Notes: generated from the sequence alone by a model not told the origin. DNA of 64,000 nucleotides from Acidimicrobiia bacterium (GCA_022822905.1 JAJDYE010000008.1:32846-96845); one strand, 5' to 3'; positions 28,494 through 38,694 are shown, counted from the stretch's first letter. Numbers and translations are program-made.

Positions 28494-29609
28494 CAGCACC
28501 ACCGAAGCGGTGAATCCGTGGAGGAAATTGCGACCCCCGATCGGCCCGAGTTCGCCGGCGCAGAACATTCCGGCCACCGGCGCTCTCTCCAGAGCCTCGT
28601 GGACCACGGCCGCGTCGTGGTCGGGACCTTCGAACAGGTGGGTCCCCCTGCCGTTGCACGTGAATACCAAGGCCGACCCAGCGGAAGCGTCAGCCATCAG
28701 CTCTCGCAGGTCCTCGTCAGCGGTGGCAGCGTCCCGCACTTGGAATTGGACTGTGGTACCGACTTCGACCGAGTCGCCCACCGCCAGTGCGCCAGTTTGC
28801 TCGTCGGCACCGATCAATCCTCGGATCAAAAAGTCGCCCCGGTGGAATTCTGATTTGTGCTCGTCGATGACAATGCCGATATGGAGTCCTCTCGATACCA
28901 GGGCTCGGTCGGCCTCGTCCAGTGCCAAAAGGGTCTCCCGCAGACGGTCCACCGCCGGGCGGCCTCCCATCTCCGAAACGATGTTGTCCTCAGATTTCGT
29001 CACGGTGAAGGGCTGGCCAATGGGGCGACAACCCTGAGAGACAACGGTGCGAACCTTTACCTGGGGATCGAGGATGACGCCTACCGCACCGTCGTCGTAG
29101 ACCTGATGGCCCAGAACCAGGCGATTGCCTCCCGGTCGGCCGGCGGCAGAGGCCAAACCTCCCACCACAGTCATAGGCGGTTCCGCATTCAACAAGGCAT
29201 CGCTGGGGAAGGTGAATGGATCGGGGACCACCAGCAGTGTTCCCTCGGCATCGACGGGAATCCCGCCCACTGCCCAGCCGTCGGGGCCGCGGACTGCTTC
29301 GAGTCGCACCGCTCGAGCGGGGCATTGGGATGCGGCCCAAAGCGAAACAGCCGGGCGCTCCTCCACTTCGAGCGGGCCGCCGATCACCGATACCGCGGTG
29401 GTGCCGATGAGGACAGACGGAGCCAAGACCTGGTGGATGGCATCGGCAATTTCGTTGATCGCTTCCCGATGGGAGGCCGAGGTGAACAGCACGGCTAAGT
29501 CGGGGGAGGGTCCCACCGCTTCGAGGATCTCGCCGATTACCTCTCCCGCGGCGTTAGCCGAGTCAGGATGCTCGGATAAAGCGGCCCCATACCTGCTCAC
29601 TACCTGCAC
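28485..29609 (-). CDS. FIST-domain (FIST_N/FIST_C) sensory protein
   Basis: 374 aa. N-terminal pattern (PDLAVLFTSASH...) and overall layout are typical of FIST proteins. Family assignment made by eye. Confidence 0.65.
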   Translation of the reverse strand: MQVVSRYGAALSEHPDSANAAGEVIGEILEAVGPSPDLAVLFTSASHREAINEIADAIHQVLAPSVLIGTTAVSVIGGPLEVEERPAVSLWAASQCPARAVRLEAVRGPDGWAVGGIPVDAEGTLLVVPDPFTFPSDALLNAEPPMTVVGGLASAAGRPGGNRLVLGHQVYDDGAVGVILDPQVKVRTVVSQGCRPIGQPFTVTKSEDNIVSEMGGRPAVDRLRETLLALDEADRALVSRGLHIGIVIDEHKSEFHRGDFLIRGLIGADEQTGALAVGDSVEVGTTVQFQVRDAATADEDLRELMADASAGSALVFTCNGRGTHLFEGPDHDAAVVHEALERAPVAGMFCAGELGPIGGRNFLHGFTASVVLFP

Positions 29610-29677
29610 GCTAGTCCGACGGCGCGCTCTGTCAGCGGAAAAAACGTTGCGTTACACAAATGGGGGGAGGCTCTTCG

Positions 29678-30472
29678 TCAAACCTGAACAGATGTGGTGG
29701 AGCGAGAGGCCAGCGCGTCGACGTCGGCATGGCGAATTTGAGCCAAACCGAGCCAGCTGGCCATGCAGATGAACCACCAGCCCAGGTCGAATTGGTGCCA
29801 ATGTCGGGCGAAGCGAGCCGATGTTGGGGCGGCATGGTGGTTGTTGTGGTAGCCCTCGCCGCAGGTGAGCCAGGCCAACCAGGTGACGTTGGTGGCGCTG
29901 TTGTCAAACGGCCGGCGGCCGAATGTGTGGGCCACCCCGTTTACCGAGCCGCCCAAGCCGATATAGCCCACGGTATGGACCGCTGAGGCCACTAGGCCGG
30001 GCACCCAGCCCAGCCACAACACCAGGATGGCGACTCCCAAGGCCAAACCGATGATCCCCCGGTTTAGCAGGATGCGGTCGGGCAGGGTGATGGGGATGTC
30101 TTTGGCGTAGCGCTCGGTGGTGCGGGGGTCGCGGGCCGATCGCCGATAGAGGGCGGCATTGGTGAGCTGCACGCGAAGCCAGCCCAACCGGGCTGGTGAG
30201 TGGGGGTCTTCAGGGGCATCGGTGTACGCATGGTGCTTGCGGTGGACTGCGGCCCACTGCCGGGCTGAGATTCCGGTCGCCATCCAGAGGAACACTTTGA
30301 AGAAGCTGCGAATGGCGGGATGCATCTGAACAGCCTTATGGGCCAGGTCCCGGTGCAAGTACACGGTGGTGGCGAGATTGGCCAGCTGGGTAAGGGCGAG
30401 GCCTACCGCAATCGCGATCACTATCTGCACGAGTTGAACTCCCAATGGGTTAGGACCGGCTGCTGATAACAA
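29678..30472 (-). CDS. Membrane acyl-CoA/fatty-acid desaturase
   Basis: Three His boxes: HRDLAH, HRKHH and HNNHH. Confidence 0.85.
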   Translation of the reverse strand: MLSAAGPNPLGVQLVQIVIAIAVGLALTQLANLATTVYLHRDLAHKAVQMHPAIRSFFKVFLWMATGISARQWAAVHRKHHAYTDAPEDPHSPARLGWLRVQLTNAALYRRSARDPRTTERYAKDIPITLPDRILLNRGIIGLALGVAILVLWLGWVPGLVASAVHTVGYIGLGGSVNGVAHTFGRRPFDNSATNVTWLAWLTCGEGYHNNHHAAPTSARFARHWHQFDLGWWFICMASWLGLAQIRHADVDALASRSTTSVQV

Positions 30473-30588
30473 CAGCCACGGATGTGACCCTAGAGGACAG
30501 AGGGGGGTTACATGAAGGTTGAACGCCCCAGAACCTAGTGCCTAACGCTGAGGCGTCAGGGTGAGAAAGGGAGAGACAGGCAAGTAGC

Positions 30589-31242
30589 GTGTTCGGGGTG
30601 GGGGTGTTGTCGGAGTTCGAGTCGAAGCAGCTTCTCGCTCGCCATGGCGTTGCCGTGAGCAGAGACAAACTGGCGCACTCAGCCGACGAGGCGGTGGCCG
30701 CAGCGGTCGAAATCGGCGGTCCGGTGGCGGTAAAGCTGTGCGGCTCGTCGCTGGCACACAAGAGCGAGCGGGGGTTGGTGCGGCTGGGTCTCGACAACTC
30801 CGCTTCGGTGCGCACCGCAGCCGACGAGCTGCTGGCCGCAGCCGTCGAAGACGATGGCGAGGTGGCCCTGCTGGTATCGGAGATGGTTGCCGGGTGTCGA
30901 GAGTTCATTGCCGGCGTAGTACACACCGAGCAGTTCGGTCCCGCGCTCATGCTCGGTTTGGGAGGGGTTCTGGCCGAAGCAGTGGGGGAGGCAGTGTTCC
31001 GGCTTCTTCCGGTGAGCGAGGCCGACTGCAAGGACATGATCGAAGACTTGGACATCCCCGCCCTCATGGCTCCGCTCCGGGGCGAACCTGCGGTTGACCA
31101 GGGTGCGTTGGTGGACTCGTTGTTGGGCTTGGCTCACGCCGGGGGAGGGGAAGGGGTTGAGGCCGTCGATGTAAATCCCCTGGTGATCCGGGACGGGTTG
31201 CCGGTGGCTGTAGACGCTCTGGTGGTGACGACGGGCTCATGA
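30589..31242 (+). CDS. ADP-forming acetyl/acyl-CoA synthetase, ATP-grasp (beta) subunit
   Basis: SEFESKQLLARHGVAV...GGPVAVKL...HKSERGLVRLGL...VDVNPL is typical of ATP-grasp_5. Confidence 0.7.
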   Translation: MFGVGVLSEFESKQLLARHGVAVSRDKLAHSADEAVAAAVEIGGPVAVKLCGSSLAHKSERGLVRLGLDNSASVRTAADELLAAAVEDDGEVALLVSEMVAGCREFIAGVVHTEQFGPALMLGLGGVLAEAVGEAVFRLLPVSEADCKDMIEDLDIPALMAPLRGEPAVDQGALVDSLLGLAHAGGGEGVEAVDVNPLVIRDGLPVAVDALVVTTGS

Positions 31243-32702
31243 GTCGGCCACCGTTAGATCTTCTGTTCGACCCCCAGGGCATCGTGGTAGCTGGTGCCTC
31301 CACGCATCCGGGCAAGTTCGGATTCGTTGCTCTTCACAACGTGTTGGCCGGAGGGTTCGACGGGCCGGTCTTCGCCACCAACCCCGATCAACCCAGCATT
31401 TTGGGAGTTGAGGCATTGGAGTCGGTCGCCGATATACCTGAGGGGGCAGCCGACCTGGTCTTCGTCTGCACTCCGCCCCACACGTGTTCTGAGATCTTGA
31501 GATCGGCGGCCAGCAGAGGGGTTGGCGCGGTGTTCATCGCCTCAGGTGGCTTTCGGGAGGCAGGTTCCGAAGGGGCTCGAGCCGAAAGGGAACTGGTGCA
31601 ATTGGCCCGGTCGCTGGGCATGGTGGTGGCGGGGCCGAATGGGCAGGGGCTGATTTCCAATCCGGCCAAGCTGGCCGCCCAGATCGTGGCGCCCATTCCG
31701 CCCCCTGGGCCGATTGCAGTAGCCAGCCAGTCGGGCAATCTGGTCTCGGCGTTCATGAACTACGCGGCACAGAGCGGAGTCGGCATCAGCCGAGCGGTGA
31801 GTGCGGGAAACGCCGCCATGTTGGGAGTGGTGGACTATCTCGGGTGGTTTGCCAGCGATCCCCATACCAAGGCCATGGCTGCATATGTCGAAGGAGTAGA
31901 AGACGGCCCAGCATTTGCCGCAGCTATCAAGAGAGTGGCCGCGGCAAAGCCGGTCGTACTGGTCAAAGGGGGAACCACCCCGCGGGGAGCGCAGGCCGCG
32001 GCCAGCCACACGGGAGCGCTGGCAACCGACGATCGAATTTTCGACGGGATGGTGCGCCAGAGCGGTGCGGTACGGGCTCAAACCATCGAAGAGGCCTATG
32101 ACGCGGTAGCAGCCTTCGCCACCCAGCCCCTTCCTGCTGGGCCCCGTACTCTGGTGCTGTCCAGCGCGGGCGGATGGGGGGTTATCGCCGCTGACGCGCT
32201 CTCGAAGTCGAAACTTGAGTTGATTCCCCTCCCCGCCGACTTGAAGGAGGCCATCGATGGGTTGGTACCGCCCCGCTGGAGTCGCAGCAATCCGATCGAC
32301 CTGGCTGGGGGCGAGAGCCGCGACACCATTCCCGAGGTCATTGACCTCGTTGCCGATCATCCTGAAGTCGACGCGGTGATTTATCTGGGTATGGGGATTC
32401 AGGCCAATACTGCGTCCCACTTGCGTTCGGGCCCGTACTTCGAGGCGGCCGAACTGGCCCGTATCTGTGAGTACCATGAGCGCCAGGACAGCCGCTTCGC
32501 CCAAGCCGCAGCCGATGCCTCCGCTCGAACGGGCAAGCCCATTTTGGCCGCGACCGAACTGGGGATAACCCAGCCTGACAACGCCGGCCCCGCCACGCTG
32601 GCTGCCCAGGGCAGCTATTGCTTTCCTTCCGCTGACCGGGCGGTGAGAGCTTTGCACCACATGTGGTGGTACGCCCGCTGGCGCAAGCGCCTCCTAGGAT
32701 AA
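31239..32702 (+). CDS. ADP-forming acyl-CoA synthetase, CoA-binding/ligase (alpha) subunit
   Basis: IVVAGAS..PGKFG CoA-binding fold and SQSGNL..AAASHTGALA phosphohistidine region. ATGA overlap with the upstream gene. Confidence 0.75.
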   Translation: MSRPPLDLLFDPQGIVVAGASTHPGKFGFVALHNVLAGGFDGPVFATNPDQPSILGVEALESVADIPEGAADLVFVCTPPHTCSEILRSAASRGVGAVFIASGGFREAGSEGARAERELVQLARSLGMVVAGPNGQGLISNPAKLAAQIVAPIPPPGPIAVASQSGNLVSAFMNYAAQSGVGISRAVSAGNAAMLGVVDYLGWFASDPHTKAMAAYVEGVEDGPAFAAAIKRVAAAKPVVLVKGGTTPRGAQAAASHTGALATDDRIFDGMVRQSGAVRAQTIEEAYDAVAAFATQPLPAGPRTLVLSSAGGWGVIAADALSKSKLELIPLPADLKEAIDGLVPPRWSRSNPIDLAGGESRDTIPEVIDLVADHPEVDAVIYLGMGIQANTASHLRSGPYFEAAELARICEYHERQDSRFAQAAADASARTGKPILAATELGITQPDNAGPATLAAQGSYCFPSADRAVRALHHMWWYARWRKRLLG

Positions 32703-32707
32703 TTCCA

Positions 32708-34210
32708 GTGCGCCGAATCGTGATGCCCGTTCTGCTGCTTGTGATTGCCCTTGCCGCGCTATTCGGCTCGAACCAGCTCAGCGACCAGCTTCATGACGAT
32801 CTGGGGGAGGTGGCCACTGACGACACTGTTCCACCGGGTGTGGGTACTCCTTTGGTCTCCACCCGCCGCCTCACCTCCATGCTGGCCCCGTCGCTCACTG
32901 AGCCTGACTTCTTCGACACTTTGGACGAGTTGATGGCCAGCTCCCCCGTCTCTGCATGCCTCCATGTGACTCAGAATGGAAGCTCCTTTGACCCCCGCGA
33001 GAACGGTTACACCAACACTCCGGTTTCACCTTCTGATGCCACCCTGCTGCTCACCCTGGCCACGGCTCACCAGGCGTTGGGACCTGATCACACCTTTACA
33101 ACCTCGGTCCAGTCGGTGGTTCCGATGGAGGGCGGCGTGATCAACGGAGACGTCTACCTAGTCGGTGGAGGCGACCCCTTGTTGTTGACCCGCGAGTTTG
33201 CTGCCACCCTGGAATTGGGCCAGAACCAACTCCGCACTCCCATCGAGGAACTGGCTCAGGACCTAGTGGACGATGGCTTGGCTCTAGTGACAGGTGCGGT
33301 GGTGGGCGACGCCACTCGCTATGACGACCTGTTCTACGGTTCTTGGCCGGAGGAGACCATTGAGTCCCAGAACATCGGCACCCTGCTGGCTTTGCAATTC
33401 GACGACGGCTGGCGGCAGTTCCCGGTTTCGGATCCAGAGTTAGAAGCCGAAGAGACCGCGGCTCAAGCCAATGAGGAGGCGGTTGGTTATGTGGTCGCGG
33501 ACGATCCACCGTGGTATGCCGCGGCGCTGTTCGACGACATGCTCGAGGCGCGGGACGTGGTCATACGCCGCACCCCTCGCTCGGAGGGAGTGCCGGAGGG
33601 AGAAGAGCTCTACATCCTGGCGTCAATCGAATCAGCGCCGCTTTCTGCCCACTATCGGCAGATTCTCGACAACCGGGATATCGAGACCATCGAGATGCTG
33701 ATCAAGGAAATCGGATGGGTCACCACGGGGGTGGGCAGCACCCAAGCCGGACTTCAGGCGATGAACAACACGCTGGCCAGGGTCGGGATCAACTCCGATC
33801 AGTTCCAACCACTCAAATTCGATGACGGCTCGGGACTTGATCCGGACAATGTGGCCACCTGCCCGGTGTTCACCGCACTCCTAGACAGCAATGAGTACAC
33901 CCCGCTGTTCCGTGAGTTACTGCCCACCGCCGCCGAGGCCGGACCGCTTCAGAGCCGATTCACCAGCGTCGAGAACCCCGGGCGGATCAGAGCACTGTCA
34001 GGCGGGACATCGGGCACTTCGGTGATGATGGGGTATATCGACATCGGCCGTGGCCAAGAGTTGACCTTCGCTTTCATCGCCAACCAGCAGGGCCCGCTGG
34101 ACAACCAGGCTCTGAAGGAACTTGAGGGCCGTGTCGTCGGCCATTTGGCCAGTCTGGAAGCGAAGCCGACCCTCGACGACATCCAACTAGCACCACTTCG
34201 GCTCGGCTGA
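32708..34210 (+). CDS. PBP4/DacB-like (peptidase S13 fold) exported protein with degenerate catalytic motifs
   Basis: Signal/anchor VMPVLLLVIALAALFG. S13-like blocks are present (DVYLVGGGDPLL, DDGSGLDPDN), but there is no SxxK anywhere in the protein. Confidence 0.65.
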   Translation: MRRIVMPVLLLVIALAALFGSNQLSDQLHDDLGEVATDDTVPPGVGTPLVSTRRLTSMLAPSLTEPDFFDTLDELMASSPVSACLHVTQNGSSFDPRENGYTNTPVSPSDATLLLTLATAHQALGPDHTFTTSVQSVVPMEGGVINGDVYLVGGGDPLLLTREFAATLELGQNQLRTPIEELAQDLVDDGLALVTGAVVGDATRYDDLFYGSWPEETIESQNIGTLLALQFDDGWRQFPVSDPELEAEETAAQANEEAVGYVVADDPPWYAAALFDDMLEARDVVIRRTPRSEGVPEGEELYILASIESAPLSAHYRQILDNRDIETIEMLIKEIGWVTTGVGSTQAGLQAMNNTLARVGINSDQFQPLKFDDGSGLDPDNVATCPVFTALLDSNEYTPLFRELLPTAAEAGPLQSRFTSVENPGRIRALSGGTSGTSVMMGYIDIGRGQELTFAFIANQQGPLDNQALKELEGRVVGHLASLEAKPTLDDIQLAPLRLG

Positions 34211-34233
34211 CGTCGACGCGGGATCACGCCAAC

Positions 34234-34866
34234 ATGACCGAGGCAACCACGATGCCCATGTTCCCACTGGGGATGGTGCTGTTGCCCACCATGGTGGTGC
34301 CGATCCATGTGTTCGAGCCCCGGTACCGGCAGATGACAAGAGACTGCCTAGACGGCGACCGAGAGTTTGGAGTGGTGCTCATCGAGCGGGGCAGCGAGGT
34401 CGGGGGCGGTGATACCCGCACCTATGCCGGAACGGTGGCCAAGATCATCGACGCCCAAGAGTTTCCTGATGGACGTTGGGGCCTCATGGTCGGGGGTACA
34501 CGCCGGGTTCAAGTTTCCCACTGGCTGGAGGATGACCCTTATCCCCGGGCCGAAGTTCAAGATTGGCCCGACACCGGCCAATTCAACGATGAAGACGCCC
34601 CCCTCCAGCTGCCGTCGGTGGTGGCGCAGTGGCGCCGGGTACTGGCATTGCAATCAGAATTGGGGGCGCCCGGGCCTCCTGCCGACTTTGAGATATCTGA
34701 GGATCCCCCGACTGCGGTCTGGCAGCTCTCGGCTCTCTCTCCGATGGGGCCGCTCGACAGACAGAAGCTGCTAACCGCAGACAATGCGACTTTCCGCTTG
34801 GGCCTGTTGGCTGAACTTCTGTCTGACGCCGAAGAGGTCATTCGAGCCAGAATCGAAATGGGGTAG
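34234..34866 (+). CDS. LON substrate-binding (N-terminal) domain protein
   Basis: MFPLGMVLLPTMVVPIHVFEPRYRQM is a typical LON_substr_bdg start. Confidence 0.8.
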   Translation: MTEATTMPMFPLGMVLLPTMVVPIHVFEPRYRQMTRDCLDGDREFGVVLIERGSEVGGGDTRTYAGTVAKIIDAQEFPDGRWGLMVGGTRRVQVSHWLEDDPYPRAEVQDWPDTGQFNDEDAPLQLPSVVAQWRRVLALQSELGAPGPPADFEISEDPPTAVWQLSALSPMGPLDRQKLLTADNATFRLGLLAELLSDAEEVIRARIEMG

Positions 34867-34908
34867 TGGGAATCACCCGGATAGGCTGAGCGGTTGCAGG
34901 AGGAGGCC

Positions 34909-35250
34909 GTGTCCAAACGTTCAAAAGCTGCCCGAAAGGGGAACTCGCCCAACGCAACGTTGGCCGAATTGAAGACGCTGCTTATCGGCTACGGCCGACA
35001 GGAGATCGTCACGCCGCTCACCCACTTGGGGAAGACGCTGAAGCTCGGCGTGCTCGGCGCGCTGAGCATCGGGATCGGGCTGATCTTCCTGACCATTGCT
35101 GGGTTGCGCCTGCTCCAAACTGAGGCCTCTGGGGTGTTCGACGGCAACATGAGCGCCCTGCCCTATGCAATTGTGCTGGTCGGACTGCTTGTCGTTCTGG
35201 CCAGCGTGTTCGCGCTCAGAAGCCAAGCATCGAGAGGAGACCGTTCGTGA
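34909..35250 (+). CDS. Small membrane protein, actinobacterial 'Holin-X'/DUF1469-like
   Basis: Two TM helices. GTG 34909 is preceded by AGGAGGAGG. Family assignment tentative. Confidence 0.5.
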   Translation: MSKRSKAARKGNSPNATLAELKTLLIGYGRQEIVTPLTHLGKTLKLGVLGALSIGIGLIFLTIAGLRLLQTEASGVFDGNMSALPYAIVLVGLLVVLASVFALRSQASRGDRS

Positions 35251-35468
35251 GCGATCTGGACTTGGGCCGCGAGGCGATAAGCAGAGACGACATCCAGGCC
35301 AAGTTCGAAGAACTGAAGCACAGCTTGGACGGCACCGCGGAGACGGCCCGCACCCCGGCGCTGGCCGGGGGAATCGTGGTGTTGGCCGTGCTGGTTGCGT
35401 TGGCATTCATGTTGGGGCGTCGCCGCGGGCGGGCCAGCCGGACCGTGGTCGAAGTCCGCCGGGTCTGA
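35247..35468 (+). CDS. Small C-terminally anchored membrane protein, hypothetical
   Basis: 73 aa. GTGA overlap with the upstream gene. One TM helix (GGIVVLAVLVALAFML). Confidence 0.45.
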   Translation: MSDLDLGREAISRDDIQAKFEELKHSLDGTAETARTPALAGGIVVLAVLVALAFMLGRRRGRASRTVVEVRRV

Positions 35469-35472
35469 TCGG

Positions 35473-35685
35473 ATGCCAGATCCTCTGGGGTACTTGCGTC
35501 GACAGGCCATCAGGCGTGGCGTGGTGGGCGGGAGCCGAGCGTGGCTTATCTTGGGCGGGGCGGTTTGGGGGGTCCGACTCTTGCGGCGGATGGCGAGCAC
35601 CCGCCAGATGCGAAAGGTGCTGTCCCAGGAATTGCGGCCCGGCGAGAGCCTGATTATCTCCCATCTTTCCGACGAATCGCAGTGA
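35473..35685 (+). CDS. Small hypothetical membrane-associated protein
   Basis: 70 aa from ATG 35473. Its stop overlaps the trmI GTG (GTGA). Confidence 0.4.
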   Translation: MPDPLGYLRRQAIRRGVVGGSRAWLILGGAVWGVRLLRRMASTRQMRKVLSQELRPGESLIISHLSDESQ

Positions 35686-36458
35686 GCCGGGCGCTCGAAG
35701 CCGGCGAGTTGGTCTTGCTCACCGACCGAAAGGGTCGCCGCTATCTGCTCACACTGGTCGAGGGCGGTGAATTCCACACCCACGCGGGGTCGGTGGCTCA
35801 CGACGAGCTGATCGGCGGCCCCGAGGGAACGCAGGTACGCACGACCCGCAATGCTGAGCTGACCGTCTGGCGCCCCACTCTCCGCGACTATGTGCTGAAG
35901 ATGCCCCGTGGAGCACAGGTGGTGTACCCAAAGGACAGCGCGGCCATCTTGATGCACGCCGACGTCTTCCCCGGTGCTCGGGTATTGGAATCGGGAGTGG
36001 GATCGGGGGCGCTGTCGCTGAGCCTGCTGAGAGCGGGAGCGGTGGTGGTGGGTTATGAGGTCAGAGAGGACTTCGCCCAACAGGCGGTCGAGAACGTAAC
36101 CGGCTTTCTCGGCGCGAAGGCTGTTGATCGCTTCCAGGTGGAAATCAGGGACTGTTACCAGGGAATCGACGCCGAGGGCTTGGATCGGATTGTGCTCGAC
36201 CTGCCAGAGCCTTGGCAGGTGGTGCCCCACGCGGCTGCTTCACTGCGTCCCGGCGGGATCCTGGTGGCCTACACCCCGAGCATCATTCAGGCAGTGCAAC
36301 TGCGAGAAGCCTGCGACTCCGGACCTTGGGCCTTTGCTTCCACCATGGAAGTCCTTCATCGTGGCTGGCACATCAAAGGCGACGCGGTCAGGCCCGAGCA
36401 TCGCATGGTGGGCCACACCGGGTTTGTGACTGCTGCCCGTCGACTCGCAGATGAGTAG
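35682..36458 (+). CDS. trmI: tRNA (adenine58-N1)-methyltransferase
   Basis: HTHAGSV.HDELIG N-terminal domain and SAM fold VLESGVGSGALS, DLPEPW. Lies next to mpa, as in mycobacteria. Confidence 0.85.
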   Translation: MSRALEAGELVLLTDRKGRRYLLTLVEGGEFHTHAGSVAHDELIGGPEGTQVRTTRNAELTVWRPTLRDYVLKMPRGAQVVYPKDSAAILMHADVFPGARVLESGVGSGALSLSLLRAGAVVVGYEVREDFAQQAVENVTGFLGAKAVDRFQVEIRDCYQGIDAEGLDRIVLDLPEPWQVVPHAAASLRPGGILVAYTPSIIQAVQLREACDSGPWAFASTMEVLHRGWHIKGDAVRPEHRMVGHTGFVTAARRLADE

Positions 36459-36477
36459 ATGAATCTGGAGGCGAGGC

Positions 36478-36717
36478 TCAGACCTCGATGAAGATGCACT
36501 CCCCAGGGCATTCCTCGGCTGACTCGATGGTGGCCTCTTCCTGCCCTTCGGGCACGATGGCCAGCCCTTCGACGCCGCCCGGCTCGCTGAAGACCTTGTC
36601 GCCTTCTTTCACGTAGGCAAGACCGTCATCGAGCAGAGTGAAGACATCGGGGGCGATCTCTTCGCAGAGACCGTCACCAGTGCAGAGATCTTGATCGATC
36701 CAGACCTTCATTTGCAT
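36478..36717 (-). CDS. Small single-cluster ferredoxin
   Basis: KVWIDQDLCTGDGLCEEIAPDVF...CPGECIFIE. Confidence 0.85.
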   Translation of the reverse strand: MQMKVWIDQDLCTGDGLCEEIAPDVFTLLDDGLAYVKEGDKVFSEPGGVEGLAIVPEGQEEATIESAEECPGECIFIEV

Positions 36718-36855
36718 CGGTGCAGTGGCCCTTTCATTACAGGCAGCGGACGGCAAGCATGGTAGACGCTGGGTGAGCCTTCAGTGTAACCGACCGGAAG
36801 ACGACCTTGGCCATACAGCGGAAATTGAATAGAGCGCGTGTAAAGTCGCGTTGGT

Positions 36856-38655
36856 ATGACAGACGGCGACGCAGCGGCAGATACAGGTATCGCACCAGAG
36901 GAGTCTTCTCCAGCCGAGCAAGCAGGTATCGCACCAGAGGAGTCTTCTCCAGCCGAGCAGGTAGCAGCGCTTGAAGAAGAGATTGCCGTTCTCCGCCAGC
37001 GGCTTCAGGATGCCCCCAAGCGGGTCCGCACCCTAGAAGAGCGGCTCTTGGAGACCAAGGGACAGCTGGCCAAGGCTGTCTCCCAGAACGAGAAGCTCAC
37101 CTACACCCTTCGCGAAGCCCGTGAGCACATTTCCGCCCTGCGGGATGAGGTGGACAAACTCACCCAGCCCCCGTCGGCGTACGGGACTCTGCTGGGTCGC
37201 AACGAGGACGGGACGGTGGATGTGTTCTCGGGGGGTCGCAAGATGCGGGTCGCCCTCCATCCCGAGATCGAGTCTGAGGAGCTGAGCCGGGGACAGGAGG
37301 TTGTTCTGAACGAATCGCTGAACGTCGTTCTTTCCCGGGTGGGCGATGGCACCGGCGAGGTGGTGACCATCAAGGAGGTATTGGCCGGCGGTCTGCGGGC
37401 GCTCATTGTCGGGCGGGCCGACGAGGAGCGCGTGGTGGAGTTGGCCACCGAGATGATCGACCAGCCGCTCAAGAGCGGGGACACCGCGCTTATGGACTCT
37501 CGCTCGGGTCTGCTCGTCGAGCGCCTGCCCCGGCCCGAAGTAGAAGACCTCGTGCTAGAGGAAGTTCCCGATATCACCTACGAGCAGGTCGGTGGCTTGG
37601 ACGAGCAGATCGAGCAGATCACCGATGCGGTTGAGCTCCCCTTCGTTCACCAGGCTCTGTTCGCCGAGTACCAGTTGCCTGCACCCAAGGGCATCTTGTT
37701 GTACGGGCCGCCGGGTTGCGGCAAGACCCTGATCGCCAAGGCGGTGGCCAACTCCCTGGCCGGCAAAGTGGCCGACATCAGCTCGGACCGGGAAGCACGC
37801 TCCTATTTCCTGAATATCAAGGGTCCGGAACTGCTGAACAAGTACGTGGGCGAGACCGAGCGCCAGATCCGCCTGGTGTTCCAACGGGCTCGAGAGAAGT
37901 CGGCTGAGGGATGGCCGGTGATCGTGTTCTTCGACGAGATGGAATCTCTCTTCCGAACCCGGGGCACCGGGATCAGCTCTGATATGGAGTCCACCGTGGT
38001 GCCCCAGCTCTTGGCCGAGATCGACGGGGTGGAGACTCTGCGGAATGTGATCGTGATCGGCGCTTCGAACCGGGAAGACCTCATCGACCCGGCGATTCTG
38101 AGGCCGGGGCGTCTAGATGTGAAGATCAAGATCCAGCGTCCCGACGCTGACGCGGCCTGCGCCATTTTCTCCCGCTATCTCACCTCCGAGCTGCCAATCG
38201 CCGCCGAGATGGTGGAAGGTCTTGGCGGCGGCGACCCCGACAAGGCCATCCAGGCCATGATCGAGCAGACCGTGACCGAGATGTTCTTGGAAGAGGAGCG
38301 CAACCAGTTCTTGGAGGTCACCTACCAGAACGGTGACAAAGAGATCATGTACTTCAAGGACTTCGCTTCCGGAGCCATGATCGAGAACGTGGTACGGCGG
38401 GCCAAGAAGCTGGCCATCAAGCGTTTGTTGGCCGGCGGTGCGCCGGGCATCCACGTCACCGACCTGCTGAAGTCGGTGAACCAGGAGTATCGGGAGCACG
38501 AGGATCTGCCCAACACCACCAACCCCGACGACTGGGCCAAGATCTCGGGCAAGAAGGGGGAGCGAATCGTGTTCGTCCGCACGCTCCTGTCCGACGAGGA
38601 GTCGAGCCAGGGCGGGCGCTCCATAGAGGCCATCGGCCCCGGCCAATACCTCTGA
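36856..38655 (+). CDS. mpa: Proteasome-associated AAA ATPase (Mpa/ARC)
   Basis: Coiled-coil N-terminus, OB domains, Walker A GPPGCGKT, Walker B IVFFDEME and C-terminal GQYL docking motif. Confidence 0.95.
   Translation: MTDGDAAADTGIAPEESSPAEQAGIAPEESSPAEQVAALEEEIAVLRQRLQDAPKRVRTLEERLLETKGQLAKAVSQNEKLTYTLREAREHISALRDEVDKLTQPPSAYGTLLGRNEDGTVDVFSGGRKMRVALHPEIESEELSRGQEVVLNESLNVVLSRVGDGTGEVVTIKEVLAGGLRALIVGRADEERVVELATEMIDQPLKSGDTALMDSRSGLLVERLPRPEVEDLVLEEVPDITYEQVGGLDEQIEQITDAVELPFVHQALFAEYQLPAPKGILLYGPPGCGKTLIAKAVANSLAGKVADISSDREARSYFLNIKGPELLNKYVGETERQIRLVFQRAREKSAEGWPVIVFFDEMESLFRTRGTGISSDMESTVVPQLLAEIDGVETLRNVIVIGASNREDLIDPAILRPGRLDVKIKIQRPDADAACAIFSRYLTSELPIAAEMVEGLGGGDPDKAIQAMIEQTVTEMFLEEERNQFLEVTYQNGDKEIMYFKDFASGAMIENVVRRAKKLAIKRLLAGGAPGIHVTDLLKSVNQEYREHEDLPNTTNPDDWAKISGKKGERIVFVRTLLSDEESSQGGRSIEAIGPGQYL
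36886..36963. repeat. In-frame 39-nt tandem duplication in the mpa N-terminal region
   Basis: Copies at 36886-36924 and 36925-36963 differ at 2 positions. The protein reads [26 protein letters not shown]. Confidence 0.95.
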
Positions 38656-38694
38656 GCCCCAGACCCACCCCCTAAGTCATGTAGCGTGCCCTGC

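Noticed and set aside
34909-35685. A 'phage holin family' gene plus two tiny membrane genes as a hint of a prophage or lysis cassette.
   Set aside because: No phage structural, integrase, endolysin or att-like features are nearby. The genes are translationally coupled to the housekeeping trmI, and this family is a common chromosomal actinobacterial membrane protein.
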